The translations under genes were made by a program, and so were the position numbers. A DNA stretch of 64,000 nt from a phage, in sequence record PZ452582.1; one strand, 5' to 3'. Shown one piece after another: positions 49,349-59,600 of the stretch; the first letter of the stretch is position 1, and each line of letters begins with the position of its first letter. The notes beneath the pieces are model-generated. The model made no database searches, was not told where the DNA came from, and worked only from the letters and a program-made list of their open reading frames with translations.

Positions 49349-49621
49349 ATGAATAAAAACATTGATACAGTTCGTGAAATTATTACTGTTGCGTCTATTT
49401 TGATTAAATTTTCCAGAGAAGATATTGTTGAGAATCGTGCTAATTTTATTGCATTTCTGAATGAGATTGGAGTAACGCATGAAGGTAGAAAATTAAATCA
49501 GAATTCATTCCGTAAAATTGTTTCTGAATTAACTCAAGAAGATAAGAAAACCCTCATCGACGAATTCAACGAGGGTTTTGAGGGTGTATATCGATATCTA
49601 GAGATGTATACGAACAAATAA
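49349..49621 (+). CDS. asiA: AsiA anti-sigma-70 factor
   Basis: 90 aa MNKNIDTVREIITVASILIKFSREDIVENRANF...; recall of T4 AsiA. Confidence 0.92.
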   Translation: MNKNIDTVREIITVASILIKFSREDIVENRANFIAFLNEIGVTHEGRKLNQNSFRKIVSELTQEDKKTLIDEFNEGFEGVYRYLEMYTNK

Positions 49622-50278
49622 TTATTTAGCCCTTCCTAATATTCTGGCCGCCTGAGCACATATTGATTCAAGGCGGTCATTACTTATATGATCATTTCTA
49701 TACCAGTACATGGTTATCGTTCCAGCATAGATATTATCCAAATTAAAATATGGACAACTGTACATGTAGTTTATTTCGGGAGTAGGCTTTTTAGTTGGTA
49801 AAAAAGCAAATTTTGAGTCAGAATAATAATGACGTCCATTTAAATGAACTGCATATTCATCCATAGTTTTATCAACAGGATATCCTCCAAGTGATTTTTC
49901 AGTTATTGTTGAAGGTAATCTTCCTTCGTATGCTATAATATCAACAAAATAGTTTAAGTTTTTAGGGCGGAAAGAATACACCGCACTAAAGTCTGCCTCA
50001 GATGATATATGAACTATCTGGAGTTGTTCCAGGGCGACAGATTCAAAGCGTGCATTTCTTTCCTTTTCAATAATTTCACTGTATGTTTCATACTTTGATT
50101 GCTTATAGTACTCAAAGAAACTATCTCCCCTATACCAAACAATCGCCATCATAAATAAAAGAATTACGACAGCTACCCGGGAAGCAAGAACTTTCCCGGT
50201 AGCGTTATCTTTGAACAAGCGATCTAGAACACCAAATAGAATATCAGAGGGCGAAAATGATATTCTAGGTGCTGCCAT
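49622..50278 (-). CDS. t: holin T
   Basis: 218 aa MAAPRISFSPSDILFGVLDRLFKD..., one TM segment, large periplasmic domain; convergent with asiA. Confidence 0.92.
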   Translation of the reverse strand: MAAPRISFSPSDILFGVLDRLFKDNATGKVLASRVAVVILLFMMAIVWYRGDSFFEYYKQSKYETYSEIIEKERNARFESVALEQLQIVHISSEADFSAVYSFRPKNLNYFVDIIAYEGRLPSTITEKSLGGYPVDKTMDEYAVHLNGRHYYSDSKFAFLPTKKPTPEINYMYSCPYFNLDNIYAGTITMYWYRNDHISNDRLESICAQAARILGRAK

Positions 50279-50310
50279 AGACCCTCCTTTTAAGGATATT
50301 TATTCAAAAA

Positions 50311-51096
50311 TTATACTCTTGAACCATATATTGTACCAACCTTAGTCCAAGTTGGAGCATTACCAGTAACAGCTTTACCGGCCGCACCGCCGTTATATTC
50401 TGATCCTTGCCCACGAATATTACATTTACCACCTGCGGCACCAGCATCACCGCCATTACCGCCATTATAGATACCATTGACAGACCCTTTACCAGGTGCA
50501 GAAATAGTACCAGCAGTAGCGCCCTGTTCCATATTAGCAGACCCGCCAGCAGCACCAAATGGACGACCGCCGCCACCGCCAAAAGTCAATTTCATTTGTG
50601 AAAAAGGAGAATAATATCCGCCTCCACCGCCGCCACCGCCTCCTGCGATAACACCATTGTTGTTAATACGCAATCTAGTTCCAATTCCATTATTTATTGC
50701 AGTTCCTCCTGCTCCACCGGCAGAGTTATTTCCGCCATTCCCGCCACGGCCCCAAACATGCACGCCTGAATTGATATTAAGTGTCACGTATGCATTAGTT
50801 AATGAGCTAGGAAAATCTAAGCATGGAACACCAGTAGATTGAGAAACAATATTTCCTGTAATAGTAATAACAACAGGCGTGGACCCTTGTGCTTTTATCC
50901 AGTTTATTAATGTATCTTTATTATAAGAATTACTAGCACCAATGCTATAATATACTTCTTTAGATTGTCCGGCCATTGAGCTCATCCAACCGGGAACTGA
51001 AACACGGACTGCTCTCATTGCAGCATCCATCCAACGTTGTCCAGTTTCATTCACGGCAGATTCACCAATCCAGCCAGGAACACCTACAATTGCCAT
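50311..51096 (-). CDS. 38: gp38 tail-fibre adhesin, T2 type (glycine-rich motifs)
   Basis: 261 aa; conserved N-terminus MAIVGVPGWIGESAVNETGQRWMD; poly-Gly motifs GGGGGGGGGYY, GGNGGNN. Confidence 0.85.
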   Translation of the reverse strand: MAIVGVPGWIGESAVNETGQRWMDAAMRAVRVSVPGWMSSMAGQSKEVYYSIGASNSYNKDTLINWIKAQGSTPVVITITGNIVSQSTGVPCLDFPSSLTNAYVTLNINSGVHVWGRGGNGGNNSAGGAGGTAINNGIGTRLRINNNGVIAGGGGGGGGGYYSPFSQMKLTFGGGGGRPFGAAGGSANMEQGATAGTISAPGKGSVNGIYNGGNGGDAGAAGGKCNIRGQGSEYNGGAAGKAVTGNAPTWTKVGTIYGSRV

Positions 51097-51108
51097 TAAA
51101 AATCCTTA

Positions 51109-51124
51109 GAGGGCCGAAGCCCTC
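51109..51124 (-). other. intergenic stem-loop between genes 37 and 38
   Basis: GAGGGC-UUCG-GCCCUC on the minus-strand transcript; no U tail, so attenuator or stability element rather than a full terminator. Confidence 0.45.
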
Positions 51125-51126
51125 TT

Positions 51127-54100
51127 TTACATAAGTTTAGATTCAAGTTCTTTTACACGAGAAGAAAGCGTTTTCACAGCTTCAACCAGAAGAGCAATCT
51201 GGGCTTGAGAAGAAACAGTGAGTATTTTATTACCCTTGCTGTCTTCTGTTTCACGGACGGCTTCTGGTAAAACGTCTTGTAGCGTTTGAGCTACAATACC
51301 CGCTTCAGTTTCAATTGCCTCTCCACCGATGTATTCAGCTTTATCATAAATGACACCATTGAGTTTTTCAACTTTATCAAGTGCATTTTCGATAGGTTTG
51401 AAATTAGATTTTAAGCGAATATCAGAACGAATATAAACGTTTGGGGCATTTATATTTTTATATGAGTACAAATCACCATTTTGGAAACGGAAAGTCTGTA
51501 CACCATTCGCATATATGTCTAATAATCCATCGCCATTTTGCTTAATACCAGTGTCATTATCGCCAAACGCTATACTATTTCCACCAAGTGCGTTATTGAT
51601 GTTAATACCAAATGAATTCATTTGATTAACACCAGCTACAGTAGCATTATTTACTACAAAGCGATTAGCTCCACCTGGTGTTTTTTCAAAGTAAGCAATA
51701 TAGTTAGTTTCATCGGCAATTTCAATACGGTTACCGCGAGAAGCATCGCCAGCATGAAATATTCTCATATTTCTCGGGTTAGCACCTGATTTATCAAAGT
51801 TAATAGAACCATTATCTTTGACGTTTATGCTATTATAGAATAAAGCAGCGCTGCGAACAGCTATGCCATTATTCATCATCACTTCGCCGGTTGTTAAGTT
51901 AATTGCGAAAGGACGTTTACTATTCCAATCGCCATTAACAGTTGCTGCGCCATCGGTGGCATTTTTATCTGTAAACAGAATATAAAAACTACCGCCATCA
52001 TTTCGTAGCATTGTAGCAACAGAACCAGTTTTATCGCTGTTGCTTCTGATACGAATACCGGTTTGGTTATTAATAGCTATTTCAGAATCGGCTTCATAAC
52101 GCTTAACTTTACCGCGATCAACTAAGTTATTAAGAACATTAGCAACTTGACCATTAACTGCTGTATCTGGAAGAGCATCTACAGGTGATTGTGTAGATGA
52201 GTTAATACCAATAACACTAACAGTAGCATTTTCGGTACATGACCACTCACAAGCTAATTGATTACAATATGTTCCAGCAGAAACATAAATGTCATATGTA
52301 TCTCCAGAGACGTTATTAACTGCAATATCTTTAAATGCAGCTCCAATTGTTCTTGTGTATAATGCAGCATTTAAGTCAGCAGGTCTTTCATTACTAGTAC
52401 GTAAAACAATTTCAGCAATATTACATTGTGTGAATAATCCGCTATTAAATCCAGAACCTCCAACTATTTTAAAGAAGACCGTTGAAGTGGATTGTGGCAT
52501 TGTTACTGTTGCAAACTTATACCATCCAGCGGTTGCTCCATAAGTAATAAATCCAGAATTAACTTTACGGTTTAACGTGGTATTTAAATTGGCAAAGTTT
52601 CCTGAACCACTGGTAATATTACCGTCAGTTCCTAGTTGGGCATTTCCGACTTTAAGAGGCTTAGTAATATCGACAGTATCAGAGTTTAATGCAATACCAT
52701 GGGAGTGAGTGTAACTATGCATACGAACGACGTTTCCGCCATCGCCAATACCTAAATACCATTTCGGAACATCTGCTTTACGTCCTTGGATGAAGTTAGA
52801 AGACTCTTGCGTTGGAGCATTTATTCTAATAGCATCTGATGCCATATTTAGTGTTATACGTTGATTAGAAGTAGTTCCAGCCACTTCTACTTTAAATCTA
52901 CCGCCGCCAATATCTACATCATGATCCATGGAAACTTTACCATTACTTAATGTAATATAGAACGGACGTAAATTAGAAATGCCGCCTGATTCACCCGCAT
53001 TCTGTGGGGTTGGAATAATATAAAACTTATCTTCAGAACGACGGAAAATAGCACCGTATTCAGCATTCCAAATTCTTAATGCATCAGCAGTTCCGCCGAT
53101 TTTAACTTGTCCATTTACAGACAATCCATTATCAGCATTCAGGGAAGATCTTGTTGTAATAGAACCAGAAGTTAATAAACTACCGGCCATCGCAAATTCA
53201 ACAGAACCGGCAGTAGAACCTGCTGCAGGAGCAACGCGCTGTGAATAAAAATGCCAACCCTGTCCATCGCCTAATTCAAATACAGTTTCTCTGTTTTTAT
53301 TAGTGTTATCCTCAAATGCATTGCCCCATGCTTTCATGGTCACATAGCTTTTGTTCTGACCCGGGCGGGTGCCTGCGTTCCATTGTATTGTCTTAGTTCC
53401 ATTTATAGAAGAAGAAGCGCCAAATTTAAGACCGGCGTTAGAAGAACTACTATTAAAGAATAACCCATTATTAAGCTTAACTTCTTGAGTAGATGCAACA
53501 GTACCATCAGCACGCAAATTTAATGAATTTGAACCAGTTTTAATATCTAAAATGCCAGGCTCAACAAGAAGTCCATCGCCCATACTAACGGACATACGAC
53601 CTGTACCACGGAAATAGTGATACATTTTAGAATTACTGCTATAACCGATATGAGTTTGACCATCACCGTTATTATTACCATCAACATCGGTACGCGCAGT
53701 AAACATTGCTTGGTTGTTATTTGGGAAATCCCAAGTAGTACCAGAATCGCGGCTATAACCGACCATCAATTTTTTAGTACTATTAATACCATTATTAATA
53801 ATAGTCGCCGCAGAAATACCGTTAGCCATTAAGTCAATAACGCCAGTACGAACCCATTTAAGTCCAGAAGCATTATCGCCAAGAGCTAAATACCTATCTC
53901 CCATTACCCCGGTATTTCCATAATCGCTTGACGGGTATCCTTCAGTCACAGTACCAATGGCCAAGCTATTGCGGATAATCATTCTACCGTCGTTACGAAT
54001 ACCGTATAGTTTAAATAACGGTATATTACCAGTCCACCAAGAAACTTCATCAGCTAGCCCAGTCTGAGCTGTACAAATTTCATGGTAAATAGTTCCACCT

Positions 54101-54786
54101 GATTTAGCTCGAACTTTACGAAGATAGTTTACACCATTTGTTTCGCCTGTGCCAGGATAAACATACTGAACTAATGACTGCGAATCATAGGTCCCAAAAG
54201 ATTTAGAATCATGATTAATTAAATTAACACTAATAGTTGGTGTACTAATAGAAGTTAAAGCAGTTAATTTGCGTGCCTGGAAGATACCGCCATCAGTAGA
54301 AATGAAATGAAATTCTGAATTTTGAGCTCCCGCAGCGGTTCCTTGACGAACACGCATTGTAATTACGCCTTCATTTTCAGACTGCGGTTTTGAATATAAA
54401 ACGCCACGTTCTGAGCCATTTGTATTTTCAAACCAAAGATGGGCATTTGCAGTATCATTTATTGCTCTTGTATAAAATGAACCGGATGTTGATCTGAATA
54501 CTGTAGCAGAAACAATATTACTTGCCGTAATAGTACCACTTGTAGAAAAATTTCCAAAGTTGTTTATTGGTCCATTGACGCGTAAAGTTCCATCAATAGT
54601 TACATTTCCATTAATTTGACCGCCTTTAGCAATACCTAGATCAATGATATTTCCTGAATCATCTTTAGTAAAAATTGTTCTATCTTTTAAGTTTATAGCC
54701 AATTCACCTTCGGCTAATACTGAAGCAGCAGGACGTGCACCTGCGGTTTTGCTTCTTTTAAATTGTATTTGTTTTAAAGTAGCCAT
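51127..54786 (-). CDS. 37: gp37 long tail fibre distal subunit with C-terminal chaperone-like domain
   Basis: 1219 aa; N-terminus MATLKQIQFKRSKTAGARPAASVLAEGELAINL; last ~98 aa (IRS/DIRLKSNF...) resemble a self-cleaving intramolecular chaperone. Confidence 0.88.
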   Translation of the reverse strand: MATLKQIQFKRSKTAGARPAASVLAEGELAINLKDRTIFTKDDSGNIIDLGIAKGGQINGNVTIDGTLRVNGPINNFGNFSTSGTITASNIVSATVFRSTSGSFYTRAINDTANAHLWFENTNGSERGVLYSKPQSENEGVITMRVRQGTAAGAQNSEFHFISTDGGIFQARKLTALTSISTPTISVNLINHDSKSFGTYDSQSLVQYVYPGTGETNGVNYLRKVRAKSGGTIYHEICTAQTGLADEVSWWTGNIPLFKLYGIRNDGRMIIRNSLAIGTVTEGYPSSDYGNTGVMGDRYLALGDNASGLKWVRTGVIDLMANGISAATIINNGINSTKKLMVGYSRDSGTTWDFPNNNQAMFTARTDVDGNNNGDGQTHIGYSSNSKMYHYFRGTGRMSVSMGDGLLVEPGILDIKTGSNSLNLRADGTVASTQEVKLNNGLFFNSSSSNAGLKFGASSSINGTKTIQWNAGTRPGQNKSYVTMKAWGNAFEDNTNKNRETVFELGDGQGWHFYSQRVAPAAGSTAGSVEFAMAGSLLTSGSITTRSSLNADNGLSVNGQVKIGGTADALRIWNAEYGAIFRRSEDKFYIIPTPQNAGESGGISNLRPFYITLSNGKVSMDHDVDIGGGRFKVEVAGTTSNQRITLNMASDAIRINAPTQESSNFIQGRKADVPKWYLGIGDGGNVVRMHSYTHSHGIALNSDTVDITKPLKVGNAQLGTDGNITSGSGNFANLNTTLNRKVNSGFITYGATAGWYKFATVTMPQSTSTVFFKIVGGSGFNSGLFTQCNIAEIVLRTSNERPADLNAALYTRTIGAAFKDIAVNNVSGDTYDIYVSAGTYCNQLACEWSCTENATVSVIGINSSTQSPVDALPDTAVNGQVANVLNNLVDRGKVKRYEADSEIAINNQTGIRIRSNSDKTGSVATMLRNDGGSFYILFTDKNATDGAATVNGDWNSKRPFAINLTTGEVMMNNGIAVRSAALFYNSINVKDNGSINFDKSGANPRNMRIFHAGDASRGNRIEIADETNYIAYFEKTPGGANRFVVNNATVAGVNQMNSFGININNALGGNSIAFGDNDTGIKQNGDGLLDIYANGVQTFRFQNGDLYSYKNINAPNVYIRSDIRLKSNFKPIENALDKVEKLNGVIYDKAEYIGGEAIETEAGIVAQTLQDVLPEAVRETEDSKGNKILTVSSQAQIALLVEAVKTLSSRVKELESKLM

Positions 54787-54794
54787 AAGTCCTC

Positions 54795-55454
54795 TTAATA
54801 ATAGCCGAAATCTTGAACAGAATCCTTAATTACGATTTGGTCAAATCGTGGAACGTGTGAAGGTTGAGATGCAGGATTCTGCGAGAAAAAGTTTGGTGCG
54901 GTTAAGTTTCCAGTCATAGTGTCTCCTTTACGGAAAACTCTAGAATCCGCATTTGCCGTAACAGTATTTATTGCTCCATCAACATAATCTTTTCGAGTAA
55001 GGTCATTCACTGCTATAGGAGCAGCCGCATCACTTCTTACTTGACCTGATGCTGATACAACACCTTTTGTGCTAATATCACCATTACGTGTATTAATTAC
55101 AACAGTTCGGGCTGCTGAACCTTGTGATGATTTAAAACCAATACCGTACCACGAAACAATATCCATATTTGTAGTATCATACGTGGCATTATCACCAGGA
55201 CCAGCAAAAATACCATTGTCACCTGATCCTGCGCCAGGGACAGTCATCCCTTTATTAAAAATTACCTTATTTAAATAAGTACCGCCATTAGCTTTAGAAA
55301 CGAAATCGTTATCAGCCGCTTGCGGTTTATTGTATTCTGAATATATTTTAAATGATTTATAGAGTACATCGTCACCGGCTGGATTCAATGGAAAATTTCC
55401 TTGATGCCAAATGACAGAGCCTCCAGTTGTTGAACCTACTTTTAAATCAGCCAT
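54795..55454 (-). CDS. 36: gp36 tail fibre hinge-connector
   Basis: 219 aa, directly upstream of 37. Confidence 0.85.
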   Translation of the reverse strand: MADLKVGSTTGGSVIWHQGNFPLNPAGDDVLYKSFKIYSEYNKPQAADNDFVSKANGGTYLNKVIFNKGMTVPGAGSGDNGIFAGPGDNATYDTTNMDIVSWYGIGFKSSQGSAARTVVINTRNGDISTKGVVSASGQVRSDAAAPIAVNDLTRKDYVDGAINTVTANADSRVFRKGDTMTGNLTAPNFFSQNPASQPSHVPRFDQIVIKDSVQDFGYY

Positions 55455-55477
55455 TGTATGCCCCTTTATTTTAATAG

Positions 55478-55485
55478 TATTTATA
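55478..55485 (-). promoter_or_regulatory. late promoter TATAAATA for gene 36
   Basis: Exact TATAAATA on the minus strand about 25 nt upstream of gene 36 ATG. Confidence 0.6.
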
Positions 55486-55486
55486 A

Positions 55487-55510
55487 AGAAAAAGGGAACC
55501 CGAAGGCTCC
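55487..55510 (-). terminator. hairpin GGGAGCC-UUCG-GGUUCCC plus U5 after gene 35
   Basis: Stem with one G-U pair then UUUUU on the minus-strand RNA. Confidence 0.5.
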
Positions 55511-55516
55511 CTCAGT

Positions 55517-56632
55517 TTAAACTTCTCTAAATTCTTGCCCAAACACTTTACCAGTTTTAGACGATGCTTGTGTAGGAAGTACCATTATATCCGGAGGTGA
55601 AGCAGATTCACAGATATAATTAACACGAATACCATTGACGCCAAATTCAGCAGGTTTTGAAATGCCGCCGTTTCTTGATACTTCAGAAAAGCTTAAATTT
55701 CGCATACCGCCTTGTCCAGCTTGAGCAGTTCTTTGCGCATATATCGTAAATCCAACTGCATTTTCTGGAACAACTACATAGTCTTCCTTTAATTCCCAAG
55801 ACCCAGCCTGTCCAGTAAACTCAGCTTGTGTCGAGGAAATATATCCATTAGATGCATTATAAAAACGGATAGATATATTTGTAGTTCCAAGCGCAAGTAA
55901 ATCAGCATCGGCATATAACTGGGCTTTAAGATAAAGAACGTCACCAGGAATTAAATTATAATCAGAGAGTTTACTTATAGCAGCTGAAGTTGGTAATCTT
56001 GCAATTTCGTTATTAGTTCCACCAACCGCTGACATAAATTGCTCAACGCTTTCATACGTTCTTCTTGGAAACCCGGTAGCTCCGACGTCTTCTAAACTGT
56101 CAAATACAACATCTAAAATAGTTTGATAATCATCTGTGCTTTTTCTATTACTCAGTTTAACATGCTCTAATGCAATAGCTCTTTTAGAAGAAGTATAAAA
56201 AGCAGCATATGATACGTCGAATCTTGACAATACAGAGTCAGATGGAAAAGCAGACGTTCCTGCTGTTCTTAACCAAGATACTACTTCAGGAGGAAAATTA
56301 ACCTTTCCGTTAGTTAATATAGCAACAATTCGATTATTCGTCAAAGAATTCATGAAACTAACAAAGGCAGCTGATGTAGTATCATTTGAAGTCGAAAAAG
56401 CATATGATTTACTATCAACTAATGCTCCGGTGGAAGGGTCAAAAACTCTTAAATGAAGACCTGCGCTAAATGTTTGATTTCCTACAGGATTATCCTGAAA
56501 TTTAACGTATGGTCCTGCTGTAGAAAGCGGGCAAGAACCCGCTATGCTTATTTTATATCTTACTGAATTGCTTTCCGATAAAAATGGCGTTTGGACATAT
56601 CCTTGTCCAAACTCTGCCATAAATTTTTCCAT
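55517..56632 (-). CDS. 35: gp35 tail fibre hinge protein
   Basis: 371 aa, between genes 34 and 36. Confidence 0.85.
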   Translation of the reverse strand: MEKFMAEFGQGYVQTPFLSESNSVRYKISIAGSCPLSTAGPYVKFQDNPVGNQTFSAGLHLRVFDPSTGALVDSKSYAFSTSNDTTSAAFVSFMNSLTNNRIVAILTNGKVNFPPEVVSWLRTAGTSAFPSDSVLSRFDVSYAAFYTSSKRAIALEHVKLSNRKSTDDYQTILDVVFDSLEDVGATGFPRRTYESVEQFMSAVGGTNNEIARLPTSAAISKLSDYNLIPGDVLYLKAQLYADADLLALGTTNISIRFYNASNGYISSTQAEFTGQAGSWELKEDYVVVPENAVGFTIYAQRTAQAGQGGMRNLSFSEVSRNGGISKPAEFGVNGIRVNYICESASPPDIMVLPTQASSKTGKVFGQEFREV

Positions 56633-56640
56633 AATACCTC

Positions 56641-59600
56641 TTATTCAACCCATTCAAATTTAACCGTTTTATTCACTGGGTCAGGAATAATGCGAACATT
56701 ACCAATTCGTAAGAAATCACGAATAGTAAGATTCCCCATTGTAGCATTATCAGATGGTAAAGCACCGATATCAGACGGCTGAGGAGGGTTACCTCCGTCA
56801 AATACCTGAACAAAACTTGACCAAGAGTTTTTGGTTTTCTGCCATGTACGTGTCCAGCGAGTGGTACGCGCTTCTGGCGTCGTTGGATAAGTAATCCAAT
56901 CTTGGTAAAGCGAATCAAGTGTGTTACCAAACTGAGTCAGTGTACCAGGAGATTTAACTTCTTCGCCACGTTCTAAGTATGGAAGCCCAGTCACTTCGTT
57001 AGTTTTTTCAACCATTTTAAAATAACCCGGGAATTGGTTATAAGTAGCTGAATCGTTAATATCAATTGACCAGAATCCTACCGTATCAGATGTTGGTGCA
57101 CGGGTATATAAATCAGATGTTTTAGTACCCTGAGAACGAATTCTCGAGTTAACAGTCAAACCACCTGAATTTATAGTAGCACCTTTAGCAATGATTAAGC
57201 TTTCACCGATCGTTACTTGACCAGATGCATTATTAATAGCTAAAGGACGTAATCCATTAAATCCGCCAGTCTGATCACCCGATGCAGTAAGCATAAAATA
57301 TGTGTTAGCAGCATCATTGCGAATAAAGAATCCATAGTCGCCATTTATTGCTCTGAAAGCATTTGCAGACTTGCTGATGAATTCGCCATTGGCTGTAACT
57401 GAACTACCAAATGTTGCTACGCCATTCGCATTCAATGAACCGGAAGCGTTAACATTTATTGGCATCACAGTACCATTAATGCTAAACGTAATATTACCAG
57501 CTTTATTACGTTGAGAATAAAAGTGATTAGATGTTTCATCACCAACTTCAAATACAGTAGAACGCGTTGTATCTGATCCGCCACCAAACTGATTTCCCCA
57601 AACTCTGATAGTCATCGTCTGCGCTGGGTTAGTTCCAGTTTGAGGTCCTTTCTCAAAAATCAGACGAGTTGCCGTTCCAGTATTAGAAATAGTTAATGTA
57701 CTATTTGCCGAAACTGATCCACCAAACGTAGCAGTACTAGATGATACAAGAGGGGCACTCAGATTCGTTTGTTGGGTTAAGGTTAGTGAACCATTAACCG
57801 TCTGTGCGATATCCCTACGAATGAACTGAGATGAATCTAGACCATCCAATAAATTTGTATCAGCAGCTTTTGCTTTTAATGGCAAATAATTTGCTAATAC
57901 ACGGTTTAATTCATATGGTGATACCGCATAGCTATTTTTCTCATACAGTTCTAAATCTTGGGTAGAACCGACTGTATCATTACCAACGAATGTAATTGAA
58001 CCAGATGAAGTTTTAACAAAACCTCTTATTGCAGTAGTAGCTGCCCAAGTAGGTTCACTCTGCACAATCCATTTTAAATTTTTTGGAGATACAGCAGTGT
58101 TCGCTGACGTTCCAGTCACAGTTTCAGACTGAGTTGCAACTTTAATAACACCTTCTTGCGATTCGGTAGATTTAGTACCTAAAAGCTTTTTAGGAGTTAT
58201 TAAAACATTATCTAATGTTCCTGCAGCAGCTTCAACTTGTGTAGCTACACGAAGTGTACCACGTTGCGTCTCATTTGCTTCAAGAATATTAAGGGTATAA
58301 TGGTCCCAGAGAGTTCCTGATTCAACTAATCCAGATAGAGCAACAACAGAAGTACGATCAGTACTATTAAATCTGGTTTTAATTTTTAATGGTGTAGAGA
58401 TACGAGTATCGTCGACGCCTGCGTCGAATTCAACTTGTGTAGCAATTTCAGCTATACCACTTAAACTTTCAGTTGCTCTACGGTCATTTAAAGTTTTAGG
58501 AGTGACTGCACGAGTATAATCAGTTCCTGTATTAACTTCACTTTGCGTAGCAATTTCAATTAAACCAATTCTTCCATCAGTTGATGTCTTTTTATGTAAC
58601 GTTTCTGGCGTTACAACAGCATTTGCCCATCCTTCTTGACTTTGACCAGCAATTACTTCACTTTCAACTGCTAAAATTACTGCACCTTGCTGTGTTGGAG
58701 TAGCTTTATACTGATCCAAAGCTTTTGGCGAAACAACTAAATTATTAGTGTTTTTATTATAAACATTCGTACCATTTAATTCACGGCTAGAAGCTGGAGT
58801 AGCACCTGCAGTAGATACAAAAGTTACAATACCAGATAATGATTCAGAACCTTGACGAGCTTGAAGCTTTTTAGGAGTAATGATGGTTGTATCATCTGTT
58901 CCTGCGTTTGTTTCTTGCTGAGTAGCAATTTCTGCAACACCTCTGCGAGTTTCTGTAGCAGTTCTTTCATTCAGCTTTTTAGGAGTGATGATAATATCAT
59001 CAGCAAAAGAGAATGTGGTGTTCTGATTCACTTGAGCAGTAGTTGCTATTCTTGCAATACCTCTGCGAGTTTCAGTAGCAGTACGGTTAGCTAATGTTTC
59101 TGGAGTAATTGCTAATTCTTTTTGTGGAGAATTTTCTAAATCGACGTTAGCTTGAGCTTGTGTAGCTAAAGCAATTACGCCTAATCTTGCTCTAGTAGAA
59201 TCATTTAAAGAATCTACTCTTTCGACAGTTGGAACGTTTTGCTGTACAACCCAATATTTTCCATCAGAATCTTCAATATAAGCAAGTTGTAAAACTGGAA
59301 CATAATTAGTTTCACCGTTAAAAACTAATTCTTGAACAGTCACCCATTCAGCTTCAGGCGGATATTCTGAACGTTTTGGGAATTGCAGCAATTGAACTGA
59401 AGAAGCAATTTTATCTTCACCTGCAGCTTTGATTTTAACTGTTTGTCCTTTTCTCATGTAATTCATGGAAATTTTAACAGTATCACCAACAGAAATATTA
59501 GTTGGAAGCTGAAGCTCAATCGTTTGAGTTGTTCCGTTATTTGCACCAAATACCATAACTTCTTCGTTTGGACGAATATTTGAATTAGTCGTTATGATAC

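Noticed and set aside
50279-50310. Late promoter for holin gene t
   Set aside because: Only AATAAATA (one mismatch from TATAAATA) is present upstream; too weak to annotate
50407-50842. Plus-strand ORFs 50407-50601 and 50657-50842 (Pro/Ala-rich)
   Set aside because: Antisense to the glycine-rich gp38 gene; GGN codon runs give open reverse frames; not independent genes
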